Shown here: piece by piece, positions 52,132 through 64,000 of the stretch
Numbering within the stretch: the first letter of the stretch is position 1
How the letters are laid out: every line of letters begins with the position of its first letter
Source of the DNA: Blastocystis sp. Blastoise
Taxonomy: Eukaryota; Protista; Bigyra: Opalinata
Direction: 5' to 3'
Assembly: GCA_039096225.1 (NCBI GenBank)
Contig: JBBPEB010000009.1
Coordinates: 372,001-436,000, forward strand
Length of the DNA: 64,000 nucleotides
Notes under the pieces: model-generated
What the model saw: only the letters and a program-made list of their open reading frames with translations
Database searches by the model: none
Told to the model about the DNA's origin: nothing
Program-made: the position numbers and the translations under genes

Positions 52132-55100
52132 GTATATATTTATTTATTAGAATAATTATTTATTTCTGTGTTTTGTATAAAAAATTAGTATAGTATTTTA
52201 TTTTATTTATTCTTATAAATATAGTTATTTACCAACGGTTCTTATTCTTTGCTACTTCTATTCCTCTTTTGTGACTCTATTATTTTATTTTTTCTAAAGC
52301 TGTCGTTGTTGCTTGTGCTCCTGCTTAATACCAAACTCCTATTATGTCAAATTCTATATTCTTTATATTTCATCTTGTTCGTTGTACTACCATTACAATT
52401 GTTTCTATTTCTTATTTTATATTTGTCTGCATTATTTGCATTCTTCGGCTATAAACATCACACTTCATTCTTTGTTTTATAATTTTATTTTTCTGATTCT
52501 ACTTTTTTTCTGTTATTATTCTGGATAGTATTTTATCTTCCTGATTTTAATTTCTTGGTTTCTTAATATTGGTATGAATGTTTCCGCCCATTCGAATATC
52601 TACATTTTCTAACCTCTAATTATTAGTTTTACTTCATCACTGTTCTCATAATCTTATTATTATTATTACTAATTATTCCACAAACATTTTCATTTCTTTT
52701 TAATACTCTTATATTATACCTTACTTATTTTTCTTAATTATTTCTGTCCTACTTTTTTAATATTGTTGCTACGTTTTTGATGTTCTTGATTTTATTATCT
52801 TGTTTCTGGTTTTTCTAAATAGTATTACTCTTCATATACTTCTACACTTACTACTTTTTGTTGTATTATCAGTAATTGTTTTTCACTGTTCGTATTTTTC
52901 TTTTTATTTGTCTACTACCTTCAGTAACTGTACTGATATTATTACTAATACTGATATTCTTATTTTTCTATTTTTTTCTTCATACATTTATTAATCATTA
53001 TTATTATGTTTCTTTACTAATAATGTTTTTCTCCTTTTATTAATATTCCTTGTTTTTTTTTCCTGTTTATATTAAACACTTGTATTCTTCTTATTCTGAT
53101 ATTAAAATATTAGATTATTATTCATTTAACCACTGCTATTCTTCTTTTTTCATTTTTTATTTTTCAGATCTACCTGTTCTTCATGTTCTAACTATGCCTC
53201 ATAGTAATTCTACTCTTCATATTTTTAGTATTATTGATTCTACTCTTCTATTCTTTACACTCGATTACTGCTATGCCAACTAGTTTTTGTACAACAATTG
53301 ATATCGTTCTACTATTTTGTTTTTAATATTTTCTAATAACGTTTAATTCTTTAACGTTTTCTTAATATAAGCACCATATTTATTCTTATTTCTTTCTTTC
53401 CTTTCATTTTGTCTCTTCTTAGTTCTACTCATCTTCAGTCTTTTTCTTTTATCAATTACTAATGATTCTATTATTTTCGCACTTGTCTACATAATTCTGT
53501 GCACTTATTTCTATACTAATTTTTTACAGTTTTGTTTCTATTATTCAGATTTCTCGGATATTTTTTTAAATCATAAGATACTATTCGTCATGTGACTGCT
53601 ATTGCAGGTGATATTTTTAATAATTTCTTCTTATATTAGCTTTTTTATTTTTAGCTACTCTTTTTTAATGATGCTATTGCTTTTTATTATTTCCAGTGCA
53701 ATGAATCTTCGTTCTATTTTTAAGTTTCAGTCTCTTTTGTAGTTACTTTTGGAACTATTTTTTGATACAGTTATTCTTGTTAATGTTTACATTGTTTTCT
53801 TATTGTTACTCTTGCTACTCTTAATAATATTAATACTATTGTCTGTCATATTATTTTTTTGAAGCGCTACTAATCTATTTACATATATGTAGTATTGGTG
53901 TTTCAATGTTTTCAAGTCTAAAAATAATGAATCTTACTCCATTTTTACCACTTTCTACTATTTTAGTTATGTTCTTGTATTAGTAATTTAACTTATACTA
54001 TTTCATATCGTATCTACTATTACTCTTCAGTTTTACTACTGTTTCTAGCAATCATAAGTTTCTTTTCTTCAATTATAATTATTACTCCTCTTACTATTCA
54101 CTTAATAGTAAATGATTCATTTCTTTTTGTTTTTCTTTTTTTTTCATAATCGTATTAATGAGAGAATAGTTATTAATTTCCTCATCGTTGCTTTATTTAC
54201 ATTCTTTGTTTCTTTAGATTATTTTATTGCAAATTACTACTCTTACTGCTTTACTAATATTGTTTTGAGTACTCCTTTTCATGATAGTAGTGTTTTTACT
54301 TCTATTTTTTTTGTCTAATTTTACAACTATTACTTATTCTATATCTCACATTTTGCAACCCTTTCACATCTTCATCTTTAATTAATCTGATTAGCTATTT
54401 CAATTACCCTTGGTTGTGTTATTCTTATGGTTTTTGATATTTTGACTAACAATCTGTTTTCATTGTTTTCATTGTCTTCCTTCTCTTTTTACTTTGTTTA
54501 CTTATTATTATCCTAATTTTGAGTGCTATTATAGTTCTACTTATACTATTATTTTATTGCTTTTCACACTATTCTTCCTAATGTCCGCAGTACCTGCTAC
54601 ATATTCTTTTTATTATATATTCTTTCCCAAAATAATCTTGTTTTCTTCAGATATTTTACGTATACTTTTATTAGATTTTAGACTCTTAGCCTGGTACTCT
54701 TACAATAATTTATAACTGAATTAATATTACTTGTTTTTATATTATTATGTTCTTGGTACTATTTAGACGTTATTTCTTTCTCAGCTCTAAAACCTTCTAC
54801 TACTTTTATCAGTATTCTGTCAAGAATTATTATGCGTTGTTATCATCACACTTTAGAAATTTAAGAATATTATTACTAGTTTTATTATAGTACAAAAATC
54901 ATTATTGTTGATATTCTTATAACTATTACTATTATAGTTGCTACTATCTTAGATCTCTTTTATGATTACTTTTTAGTTTGTATTATTCATAAAATTTTTA
55001 TGGATTTTATTATTCTGGTTAATGCTTCAATAATTATAAAATATTTTTTATTATAAAGAATGATTTTATGGTAATAAATAATCTAACTAAATGCATTTAT

Positions 55101-55349
55101 ATTATTAGCATTTGTATTGTAAATTTGAATTACATATATATTTATATAAATATGAAGAATGTATAAAGAGAATAATTACAAATAGTAAAAATATATAATG
55201 AAATTTATATGATTAATAGATTTTTATTTATAAGCATAAAGATTTCCAATATCGTGAAGTAAAAACTGTATCTGTGCGGATACTATCAAAACTATGATTA
55301 CCCTTCTTCTTCCTTCTGATATTTTTGTTTACCTATATATAGATATACA

Positions 55350-58300
55350 TTAATTAATAATATGTATTTTTGTAATACGATATACTTCACGATAATCCTT
55401 ATCTTCATTATCTAACGCAATATGTATATCAGCAATAATAATATTATCTGGAATAATTATATCTCCTCTCATAAAAGGAGATCCATACTTTGACTTTATT
55501 GGCACATCTTCATTAGATTCATTTATTATATAATAAAGTCTACTAGTTGATGGAATTGATATGGGATACTCATGTTTTCGTATTAATATGATATTAAAAA
55601 TCTGAATATAATAGAGTGCTTTTATCAGGTGAATCTCATGATTTGATGCTTCTCCTTTTATACTATATGCAATATAAGAATTATCAATTGCCTCTATACC
55701 TTCATTCTCTTCTGTGCTTGTGAATACAATTGATTCATTAACAAATATTTCTGAATAATAGAAAATAGGTAGCTGTTTTAGATTGGATTTTAGCTGATCA
55801 TATGAGTAATCATATTTTAATAAATCTATACTATTTTCAAATAGGTCAACATTTATGTTATCAAATAATATTCTGTTTATTGATTCATTACCTATTAGAA
55901 TTAACTCTTTTAGAAGATAGTATGTCTCCATTTTATCGAATGTTTTTTCTTCTTCTTCTCTTATTCCTTTTATTGAATGAATATTATTAAGATTTGGAAA
56001 AGTAACTATTTCAAATTTATTATATGAAGGATTGATTAATAATGAACTGTCTTGTATTATTTCAACACTGTTCACAACATTGAGGGATGATTGAGAATCA
56101 TTCATATTATATACTTCATTACTTTTCGTTGTCAAATATATTTCATCTTGAACTATACTTCTTATACTAGATTCGTTGAAGCACTGTCTACCAAATGTCA
56201 TACGTTTAATCTTTGAATAGTATCGTTCAGATTCGTATGTACAACCGTACATATATGAGCCTGTTAATTGAATTGAATCAGATAGATGAGATATTAGATG
56301 TATTTGAGAATTTATGATTTCTTTTGGAAGTAGTAAATCACATAAGAAAGAAAACATATAGCATTGCTTCTTTAGTATATCTATATTACCATTGATAGTA
56401 AAAAGTCTATCATATTCTATCTCTCTTATAATGGTTGCTAATGGATCTATTAAAAGGACAATTGGAGAATCTTCCATAGTAAAATCATGAAGAAGAAGAG
56501 GTAATATTGTCGATAGGAAGAATATCCTTGTGTGTGATGAAACAGATGAAAATTTCTTTTCGTTTAGAATAAATCTGAATTCATACTCATATTTATTATG
56601 TAATGTATTAACATTAGTTATTCTTGTACTTAATATAGCCATATTATCCTTGTTTAAGGCATATTTACTAATTATATCTTCAGCATTAATACTGCCTGTT
56701 TTCGAGAGTAATGATGAATAATGATTACTATTAAAATTAAATAGAAGTGATAATAGAAGGGTAACAATATTATTGAAAAGATGCATGGTATCGATACTAA
56801 AACTTGATACAATATCAAAATAGGATAAGTCTTCAAAAGGGCTAGATCGTTTCTTGACTCCTTCATATGAATTATTTTCTAAGCAAAGCTGTCTTTGATT
56901 TTTGATATTATCAGATGTTCTTTGTTGGTATTCCTTCGTTGAAAAGGCATCTTCATATATCTTATCTTGTGATATAGTATTTAACAAAGTTGGACTAATT
57001 AGAAGGCTATTAAATGTATCTATATAATAGAAATAATAGAAACAATAATAAATAGAATTATATAATAAATTAATATTAATGAATAAACTATTAAATATAA
57101 TTGTAACTTGAATTATAAGAATTATTCTATTATTATTACTATAAGTTCTATTATTACTCTTCTTGTCCTATTATTACTCTATTAGTCCTGATATAACTAA
57201 TATTATTACTATTAGTCCTATTATTACTTATTATTATTAGCCCTTTTACTAGTATTATTAGTCTTTTTTGCTATTACTTATAATGTTCTGCTTTAATACT
57301 ATTATAACTATTAGTCCTAATAGTCTTTCTATTATTACTACTGATCTACTATTACTACTATAATTATATAAAATCCTAGTATTGCTACCATATAGTCCTA
57401 ATATTATCACTTTCCCACTGTTACCGCTATTATTACTGGTATAAATTCATGTTATTATTACTATAAAATTCGGCTATTCGTACCATTCCTATAAATACTA
57501 TATAAAGTTATGATATTATTACTATTATACTATAAAGTCCTACTATGGCTACAACAACTACAACTATTAGTCTTGTTATCGCTACTATTACCACTATCCG
57601 TCCTACTACTAGTCCTTCCATTTATACGACTATTGCTACTACTATTGTTGTTACTACGACTAGTTATGATATTACTAGTCTATTATTATTATTAATATAA
57701 TTATTAGAGAATTCAATATTGATTCTGTATCTATTGCTGCTAATATATGTTCTATAGCTGCTTATATTCTTACTACTACTATTACTACTATATTTTTATA
57801 TAACTGTTATCCTTACTATTATGAATTATATTTTATATAACTACTATCCTTACTATTACTACTGTTATTCTCATACATTCCTTGTATTATTAGATCAATA
57901 ATACTGATAGTGGAAAGAATATAAATATTATGAATATAGTTATTATAAAATGATTAATAATACTTATGATAAATACAATTATATATATATACCATTATTA
58001 TTGAGTATTATGGGATAATGTATCCTTTCGATATGATTAGTCATTTCATCTTTATCAATAAGATCAGACACTTTTGAGAATGAGCATTTTATTCCATCAT
58101 GAAAATGTTCATCATCCCTTTCCCATTTCAAGTTACAGCATCTACATGGATAGGAAGAAGAGGACCCAGTGAAACTACCTATTGAAGTCATTTCTGCATA
58201 ATCACCGTATACATTAAACAATAATCCAACAACTCTTCTTCTTTGTATTGTATCATTTATCATAATATCCATTTCAATTCCTTTTTCCAATTCTTTGAAT

Positions 58301-59400
58301 TCTTCTACTATTATTGATAATACTTTCCAACTATGATAATCTGATGTGACAGTATACGGCCAGAACGTTCTTCTATCATAATACCTTTTGTTGTTATAGT
58401 TTAATAGTTTTAATAATACAGGACATGAAGATTTATTGTAGTCTATGATTGAATGAGAGAACGCTGATATACCATCACAAGTGAGACTGAAAGTTAAAAA
58501 AATATCTCCATTATTCAAAACTTTTTCTATATACCTTCTATATATAGAACTTGTTAAATAAAGAGGAACATTACTAGGTGTATTATTGTTACTAGAATCA
58601 ATAATAGATAGAATATCCTCCTTCTTATAAAATGAAATGTCTTGTATCATTGTTGAAGATCTTAATAACTTTCGAATTCTTGGAATTATAGGAATAATGG
58701 ATATTTTTCTACCTATATATTATTTATTAGAATTATTATAATTATAAATAATATACAAGACTTTTCTTGACATTCAATATTTGTGCAAGTTCTTTTACTT
58801 GAATCGATTGATTCTTTTCCAATATTAAATCCTAAAAGGGAATTACAACAATTTGATAAATATATATTAATTGTTTGAGGTCTATTTGGTTCTAATCGTA
58901 CTAGTCGTTGAACAGCTTGTTGTCCATGAAGAGGCACATTTATTTTATTCATTGTTGGCATAATTAGTTCAATTAAATTATTTACAAACTTATATATAAG
59001 AATAATACTTTCCATGCTTGTCTTTAACGATATCCAAAAATTGAATATTATTTTTTCAATCTTATCATATATATCGTTATTACTGAGATTATCCATTGCT
59101 AACTATATTAAAAAATACTTATTGATTATATATTATTGTATCAATTACTTTTTCATCAGCTATTAAATTTATAAGGTTAGATAATAGTTGATTAGTTGGT
59201 AAAACATTTGAATCATCATTAGATGTATTATTAATTATCTCGTTTACATTTACTTGAGATATTTGGCTATTATTATGCTCGTTTAACGACGAATTTTGAT
59301 CATTATTAGAATTCTTTCTCTTTTTTTTTCTTTGGAAACCGGTATCTTTATATGTTCTGTTTGCCGTCTCATATAAATTTGGTATAATATTGGAAGACAT
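55350..59400 (-). CDS. CACTA/EnSpm (CMC superfamily) DDE transposase, 4 exons (59149-59400, 58757-59102, 57993-58712, 55350-57019), about 1000 aa, apparently intact
   Basis: IPIIPRIRKLL, LTCDG...SSCPV, GDYAE...G..SSYPCRCC, GVK...FDIV...DTMH, HLISHL...I...G...YESER (Transposase_21/DUF4218 pattern). All junctions are GT-AG and in frame. Confidence 0.88.
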
Positions 59401-59771
59401 TTTTCCTACTAGAGTAATTTATACAATGAAAATATGCTCTACTTCTACAAATTGTATGACAATTTAATAAGAAAATTAGAATTGGTGTGATTATTAATAG
59501 TAATATACTATTCTTATTATAAATAACTCTTGAATTTATAAATTTCTTTATGGTAAGCGATTATTGTCAATAGCTCTAAGAAATAAATTTTGCTTATTAT
59601 TCACGGGAAAATGTAAGATTCCCTTATTTATTTATAATAATCATTTCAGGCTATATTTTCATGTTTGGATTTATGAATTACATAACTCACTGAAAAAATG
59701 ATCTCATTCATCCTTTTTATCAACACTATATTATCCACTTCCTTATTTCTTTGTATAATGAGTAATTATTA

Positions 59772-61053
59772 TGAATATGAATATACCATCAGATGATGAC
59801 AAAGACAACACATACTTATTGTAGAATAGAGTAGATTGAATTAAATGAAATCTAGAATCTTAACAGTATTTAATAATCATTCTATCAAATTATATGATTT
59901 TTCAGATGAAGTAATTAAAACAAAAATATTTTTAAAATACTTATAGTTTAACATGTATAATTATAGAACCTATGAATCATTGTTACATATATATCACTAT
60001 ATTAGTTTTGTTTTCATAGAAAAACTGTTTATTTCTCATTATTTAGATTATACACACCATAGAATACTCAATTAACTGGTTTTCGAATCAATAAAGAGTT
60101 TTAGTGTAACTTCATTTGCAAGCAAATACAATACTATATTTTTTATTATTATTGACATAACCATAAAAACAACAACGATAAGAAATATTTAAAGAAATTT
60201 ATTATATTTTTGTTTCTTGAAATGCCAAAAAAGTAATCTATAATAATTCCTTCTATATATTTTATAGAGTTACTGAAAAGCAACCATTAACAGCACAAGA
60301 GTTGAATAAAATTAAAAAATTCAAGATTGAATTCATGAATGAATTTCACTATTTTTATTCAACACTTTTCTTGTCGAAAAAACCTAGTAAATATATATCA
60401 TTTTAATAATCTATTATTTTTTCTTAGAAAAAACATTATACAAACAATCCAACTATGACATGGAAATTTTTTTTAGAAAAGAGGCTCTTAAAAGAGATTT
60501 AAAAATATCATCAATAATGTCTTCTACACGAAGAGTCAAAGTATACTTCATATACTATATTATATTTTTTTTAAATTTTTAAAATTTATTTTTAGTTTTG
60601 TCTAAGATTTATACCATATGTTCTAAACGATGAAGAACTAATACAAGCTAAGCAACTATTTATCAAAGATAATGATTGTATAAGTATAAACGAAGAAACT
60701 GAACTTTTTGAACTCATTATCAAAATAATCAAAGACTATTTAACTGTTGATTCGTCTATCCTCAAGTTAGATGATTATACTATAACAAGAATAGTTAAGA
60801 AGGCTCTTTATGATAAAAAGAACAATGGTAATTTTCCTATGTTTTTTGGTTTTTTCTTGCAGGATAATGGTTATATAAGAATAACTGATAAGAAGAAGAT
60901 TAAAGAAAATTTTCTAGTAACTTTATTATATTATATTTCATTTATTATATTTCATTTATTATATTTATTATATATTTAAAATTCCCTTGATTATTTATTT
61001 CATTTATTCTAGGTCTTTAATTGGGTTAAAGATCTTGACGCTTTTAATAAAAA
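59772..61053 (+). pseudogene. Divergently oriented spliced hypothetical gene (possible accessory ORF of the CACTA element), with nonsense codons in the 5' part and a Helitron B insertion
   Basis: In-frame exons from about 60268 to 61053 (VTEKQPL...STRRVK/FCLRFIPY...ENFL/VFNWVKDLDAFNK) joined by GT-AG introns; upstream exons contain stops. Confidence 0.5.
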
Positions 61054-62026
61054 CTAGCGGGTGGCATCGGCTTCGCCGATGCTATGTATCTATTAAGTCT
61101 ATTTCAGTCAATTATTTCTTGTTTTTTGTTATTTATTTATTTTCTTTTGATAATGATAAAGAATTATAAACTAAACAATATAAATTTTAAGAATTAATTA
61201 TTAACAAATAAAAATAAACAAATATACAATTTAAAATTGAAAATTAACAAAAAGTATTCATAAACAATAAGAAAAATAAGAAAAATTAGAAAATCGAAAA
61301 AAATATAAAACAAAATACAACAACAAAAATAAATTATAATACTCCATTAAATACACAATTTTTCGTAAACCATTCATTACTATTTCTGATTAATTGACCT
61401 TGATTAATATTATCATTCTTTATAAACATTTTTATACCATGAAAAGAACGTACTCTACTTAAAGCAACATATAATTGACCATGACTAAATACAGGTCTTT
61501 CTAAATAAATACCTACATTTTGAAATGTTTGACCTTGTGATTTATTAATAGTCATAGCAAAAGCTAATCTGACAGGAAATTGTTTTCTACTTAACTTACA
61601 TGGTAAATCACTATCATCTACTATAAATTTAATTCTTGGAATCAATACTATATCTTGTCCTTCTAACATATTATCAGTTCTTACTAATAATTGACTTCTT
61701 ATTACATTTGGTTTTGTATCTAATACTACTAATCTCGTTCCATTACATAATCCTCTCTTTATATCTAAATTTCTTAATAACATAATAACTGAACCTCTTT
61801 TCAATTCTAAATCATGAGGTGGACATCCTTGAGGAATTAAACTATTTAAATATTCTGTACTATAAGCATCTCTTTCATCTATATCTTCTACTTCTTCTGC
61901 TAATTCATCATGACTATAATAATGATGAGAACTTGATCTTATCATATTTTGAATTATTTCATTAATTAAATATGCTTGTTCATTTGTTGCACATAATATA
62001 CAATTTGAAGCTAATTTCTGTCTATA
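61054..62026 (-). mobile_element. Helitron family B, 3' part of a helicase-coding copy
   Basis: CTAG|T terminus at 61054 with GCGAAGC hairpin; contains a PIF1 helicase C-terminus; interrupted at 62027 by family A. Confidence 0.92.
61334..62026 (-). CDS. Helitron Rep-Hel PIF1-like helicase, C-terminal fragment
   Basis: ILCATNE...IN, EYLNSL.PQGCPPHDLELK.G..IMLLRNL...GLCNGTRL, IPRI, RKQFPVRLAFAMTINKSQGQT, VFSHGQLYVALSRV. Confidence 0.95.
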   Translation of the reverse strand, partial: YRQKLASNCILCATNEQAYLINEIIQNMIRSSSHHYYSHDELAEEVEDIDERDAYSTEYLNSLIPQGCPPHDLELKRGSVIMLLRNLDIKRGLCNGTRLVVLDTKPNVIRSQLLVRTDNMLEGQDIVLIPRIKFIVDDSDLPCKLSRKQFPVRLAFAMTINKSQGQTFQNVGIYLERPVFSHGQLYVALSRVRSFHGIKMFIKNDNINQGQLIRNSNEWFTKNCVFNGVL

Positions 62027-64000
62027 TCATTACTATATATATGAGAATAGGCAAAAAAATTCCCATTGGTCAGTTTTTGGAAAATGCATTTGATTGGCTA
62101 AGGTATACTATAGTTTGTCGCCGCAACTCCTCTAAACTTACGGGGAGTTAACTTTTGAGTGAAACACAGTTCAATAGGATATAACGTGTAGTTGTGCACC
62201 GTATATTTGGTTAAGCGATATTGTTTATAATTAAAAAGATATTAATAAAAGAACAGAAAACATGATTTTTGAGTCGTTTTTGATTGGCTCTTTGGGATGA
62301 CCCCGATAAAAATTGTTGACCAGACAATTGGAAAATAAACATGGGGTAAACTTGATTTTTTCTCAATCCCACAATATACGTTATCCGTGTTTATTCTTTA
62401 TATTTATCTATTTTTTAATACTTTTTCATATTGAACACGTGAGGCCTTAACGGTCAAATTTAGATTGTCAATTTGACATGATATTCTGATTCAGGAGGTC
62501 CAAAAACCTAGGTGTAGCGATTTTCAGCTCCTGAGGACGATTTTTGAGTGATCGATATTTTCTTCGATCTTCTTATAATCGACTAATATTACAGCATAGT
62601 AATCAATAGGTCCTCAAACTACTATAGTAGCAACGTGATCTTAAAATAATGAGTTTTAGTGTCACAATTTTGAAAAATGTGAATTAAGTGGTCTTAGAGT
62701 GAGAGATTCAATATAATGACTTTTGTTTAGTAAACTAGAGATAATACTCTATTCTATGTTAAAAGGAGAGTCAAAATTATGAAGGTCAAAGTGTATGACC
62801 AAATGACAAAATGTGTCTTAAAAAGTAAAATGGTTTCTATATGTGTTCAAAATGTTGAATCACGTCTATTCTTTGAATAAGAGCTTTAAATAAATAGTTT
62901 AAGGCTGTCAAATTCAAAAGAATGTGTAAAACATAGTCTTAAACTATGAATAAAAAATTTAGAGATATTAATTAGTGTACAGCTGTAGTAGCTCTACAAC
63001 ATATCAAAAGTTCAAAGAAAATAATTTTTAGAGAGTGGATGTGTGAAGGGTTGTGACTATTATTTAAAATTTATTTTCACTTCAGTTTGTTTAAAATCGT
63101 GAATTTCGTGCACTGTAGAAAAATTGAGTCAAAAAAACAACTCTAAGGATCTTAAATTTAAATAAATGTAAAAATGAGTGACTTAGAGGACGAGATTCAA
63201 TATTTGAGTGGTTATTCATTAAACTAGAGTGTATGAGCTATATTATGTTAAAAGGAGGGACGAAAATATGTTGATCAAAGTGTATGACCAAATGGTAAAG
63301 TCTTCTTAAAAAGCCTAAAGTGTTGACTAATGTGCTTATAGAGTCATCTAAAGTCTACTATGTAAATATTAGCTTTTAAAAATATGTTTAAGCCTTTCAA
63401 TTAGTAAAAATATGTTCAAAGAGAGTCATAAAATGAGAGTTTTAAGAAACGAGATATTGTTCAGTATACACTAAGAGACACTCTACAACATATCAAAAAT
63501 ATAGCAAAAACTATTTTTAGAGACTGCATGTGTAAAGGGTTGTGAGAGTTATTGAAAAAATATTTTTACTTCAGTTTGTGCAAAATCGTGTTTTTGGAGC
63601 ACTGTAGAAAAATTAACTTTAAAAATCAACTCTAAGGGTCTTAATTTTTAAAAATGTGAAAATGATTGACTTAGAGGACGAGATTCAAAATTCCCCCTCA
63701 CTTTCATATAACTAGACCACACAGTCTATATTATGTCAAAAGAAGGGACGAAAATATTTTGATCAAAGTGTATGACCAAATGGTAAAGTGTCTTTAAAAG
63801 TGTTATGATGATGACAGTTGTGTTTACATGTCTGAATCAAGTTTATTCTTAAAATATTAGCTTTAAATAGCAAGTTAAAGGTTGTCAATTTGTCAAAATG
63901 TTTTAAAGACTATCTTAAACAAAGAGATTCAAGAAGTTGACTTTCATTTTATACATTATATGTCTATATAAACACTTTACTAAAAGAACTTTGGAAAATA
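62027..64000 (+). mobile_element. Helitron family A, copy 4 (runs off the window), with about 489-bp tandem units
   Basis: A|TCATTACTATATATATGAGAATAGGC start; colinear with the 33799 copy; repeat anchors near 62687, 63176 and 63664. Confidence 0.9.

Noticed and set aside
54600-54660. FWERIY as a non-LTR retrotransposon pre-RT motif
   Set aside because: No downstream RT motifs were recognised in the frames read; likely chance.
59772-60232. Stop-codon reassignment (TAG/TAA as Gln) suggested by in-frame stops and no TAG-ending genes
   Set aside because: Conserved host exons and the transposase have no in-frame TAR codons and end in TAA; the stops occur only in degenerate TE-associated sequence.

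Overview
AT-rich, intron-rich eukaryotic (protist) DNA. Gene content and style suggest a stramenopile such as a low-GC Blastocystis relative, but that is an inference. Bases 1-31 kb are a compact block of host genes: syntaxin-6-like, an unknown ORF, RPA1, a GT-A-like glycosyltransferase, HUS1, TRAPPC13, a BTB-LRR gene, EFR3, TBL1 and a TLDc gene. Bases 33-52 kb hold the C-terminal half of VPS13 with four Helitron insertions from two families. Bases 52-64 kb hold an intact spliced CACTA/EnSpm-type transposase and a nested gene > Helitron-B > Helitron-A stack. Most notable: (1) a GC-rich palindrome, TTCCC-RY-GGGAA, recurs about 25-30 times, mostly inside host exons in different frames and using rare codons; (2) an antisense Helitron sits in a VPS13 exon and carries host-like splice sites that would remove it in frame; (3) many introns are bracketed by, or made entirely of, (AT)n, and there is one GC-AG and one apparent AT-AG intron. 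Several transposon copies have visibly degraded consensus sequence, so fine detail there is unreliable.
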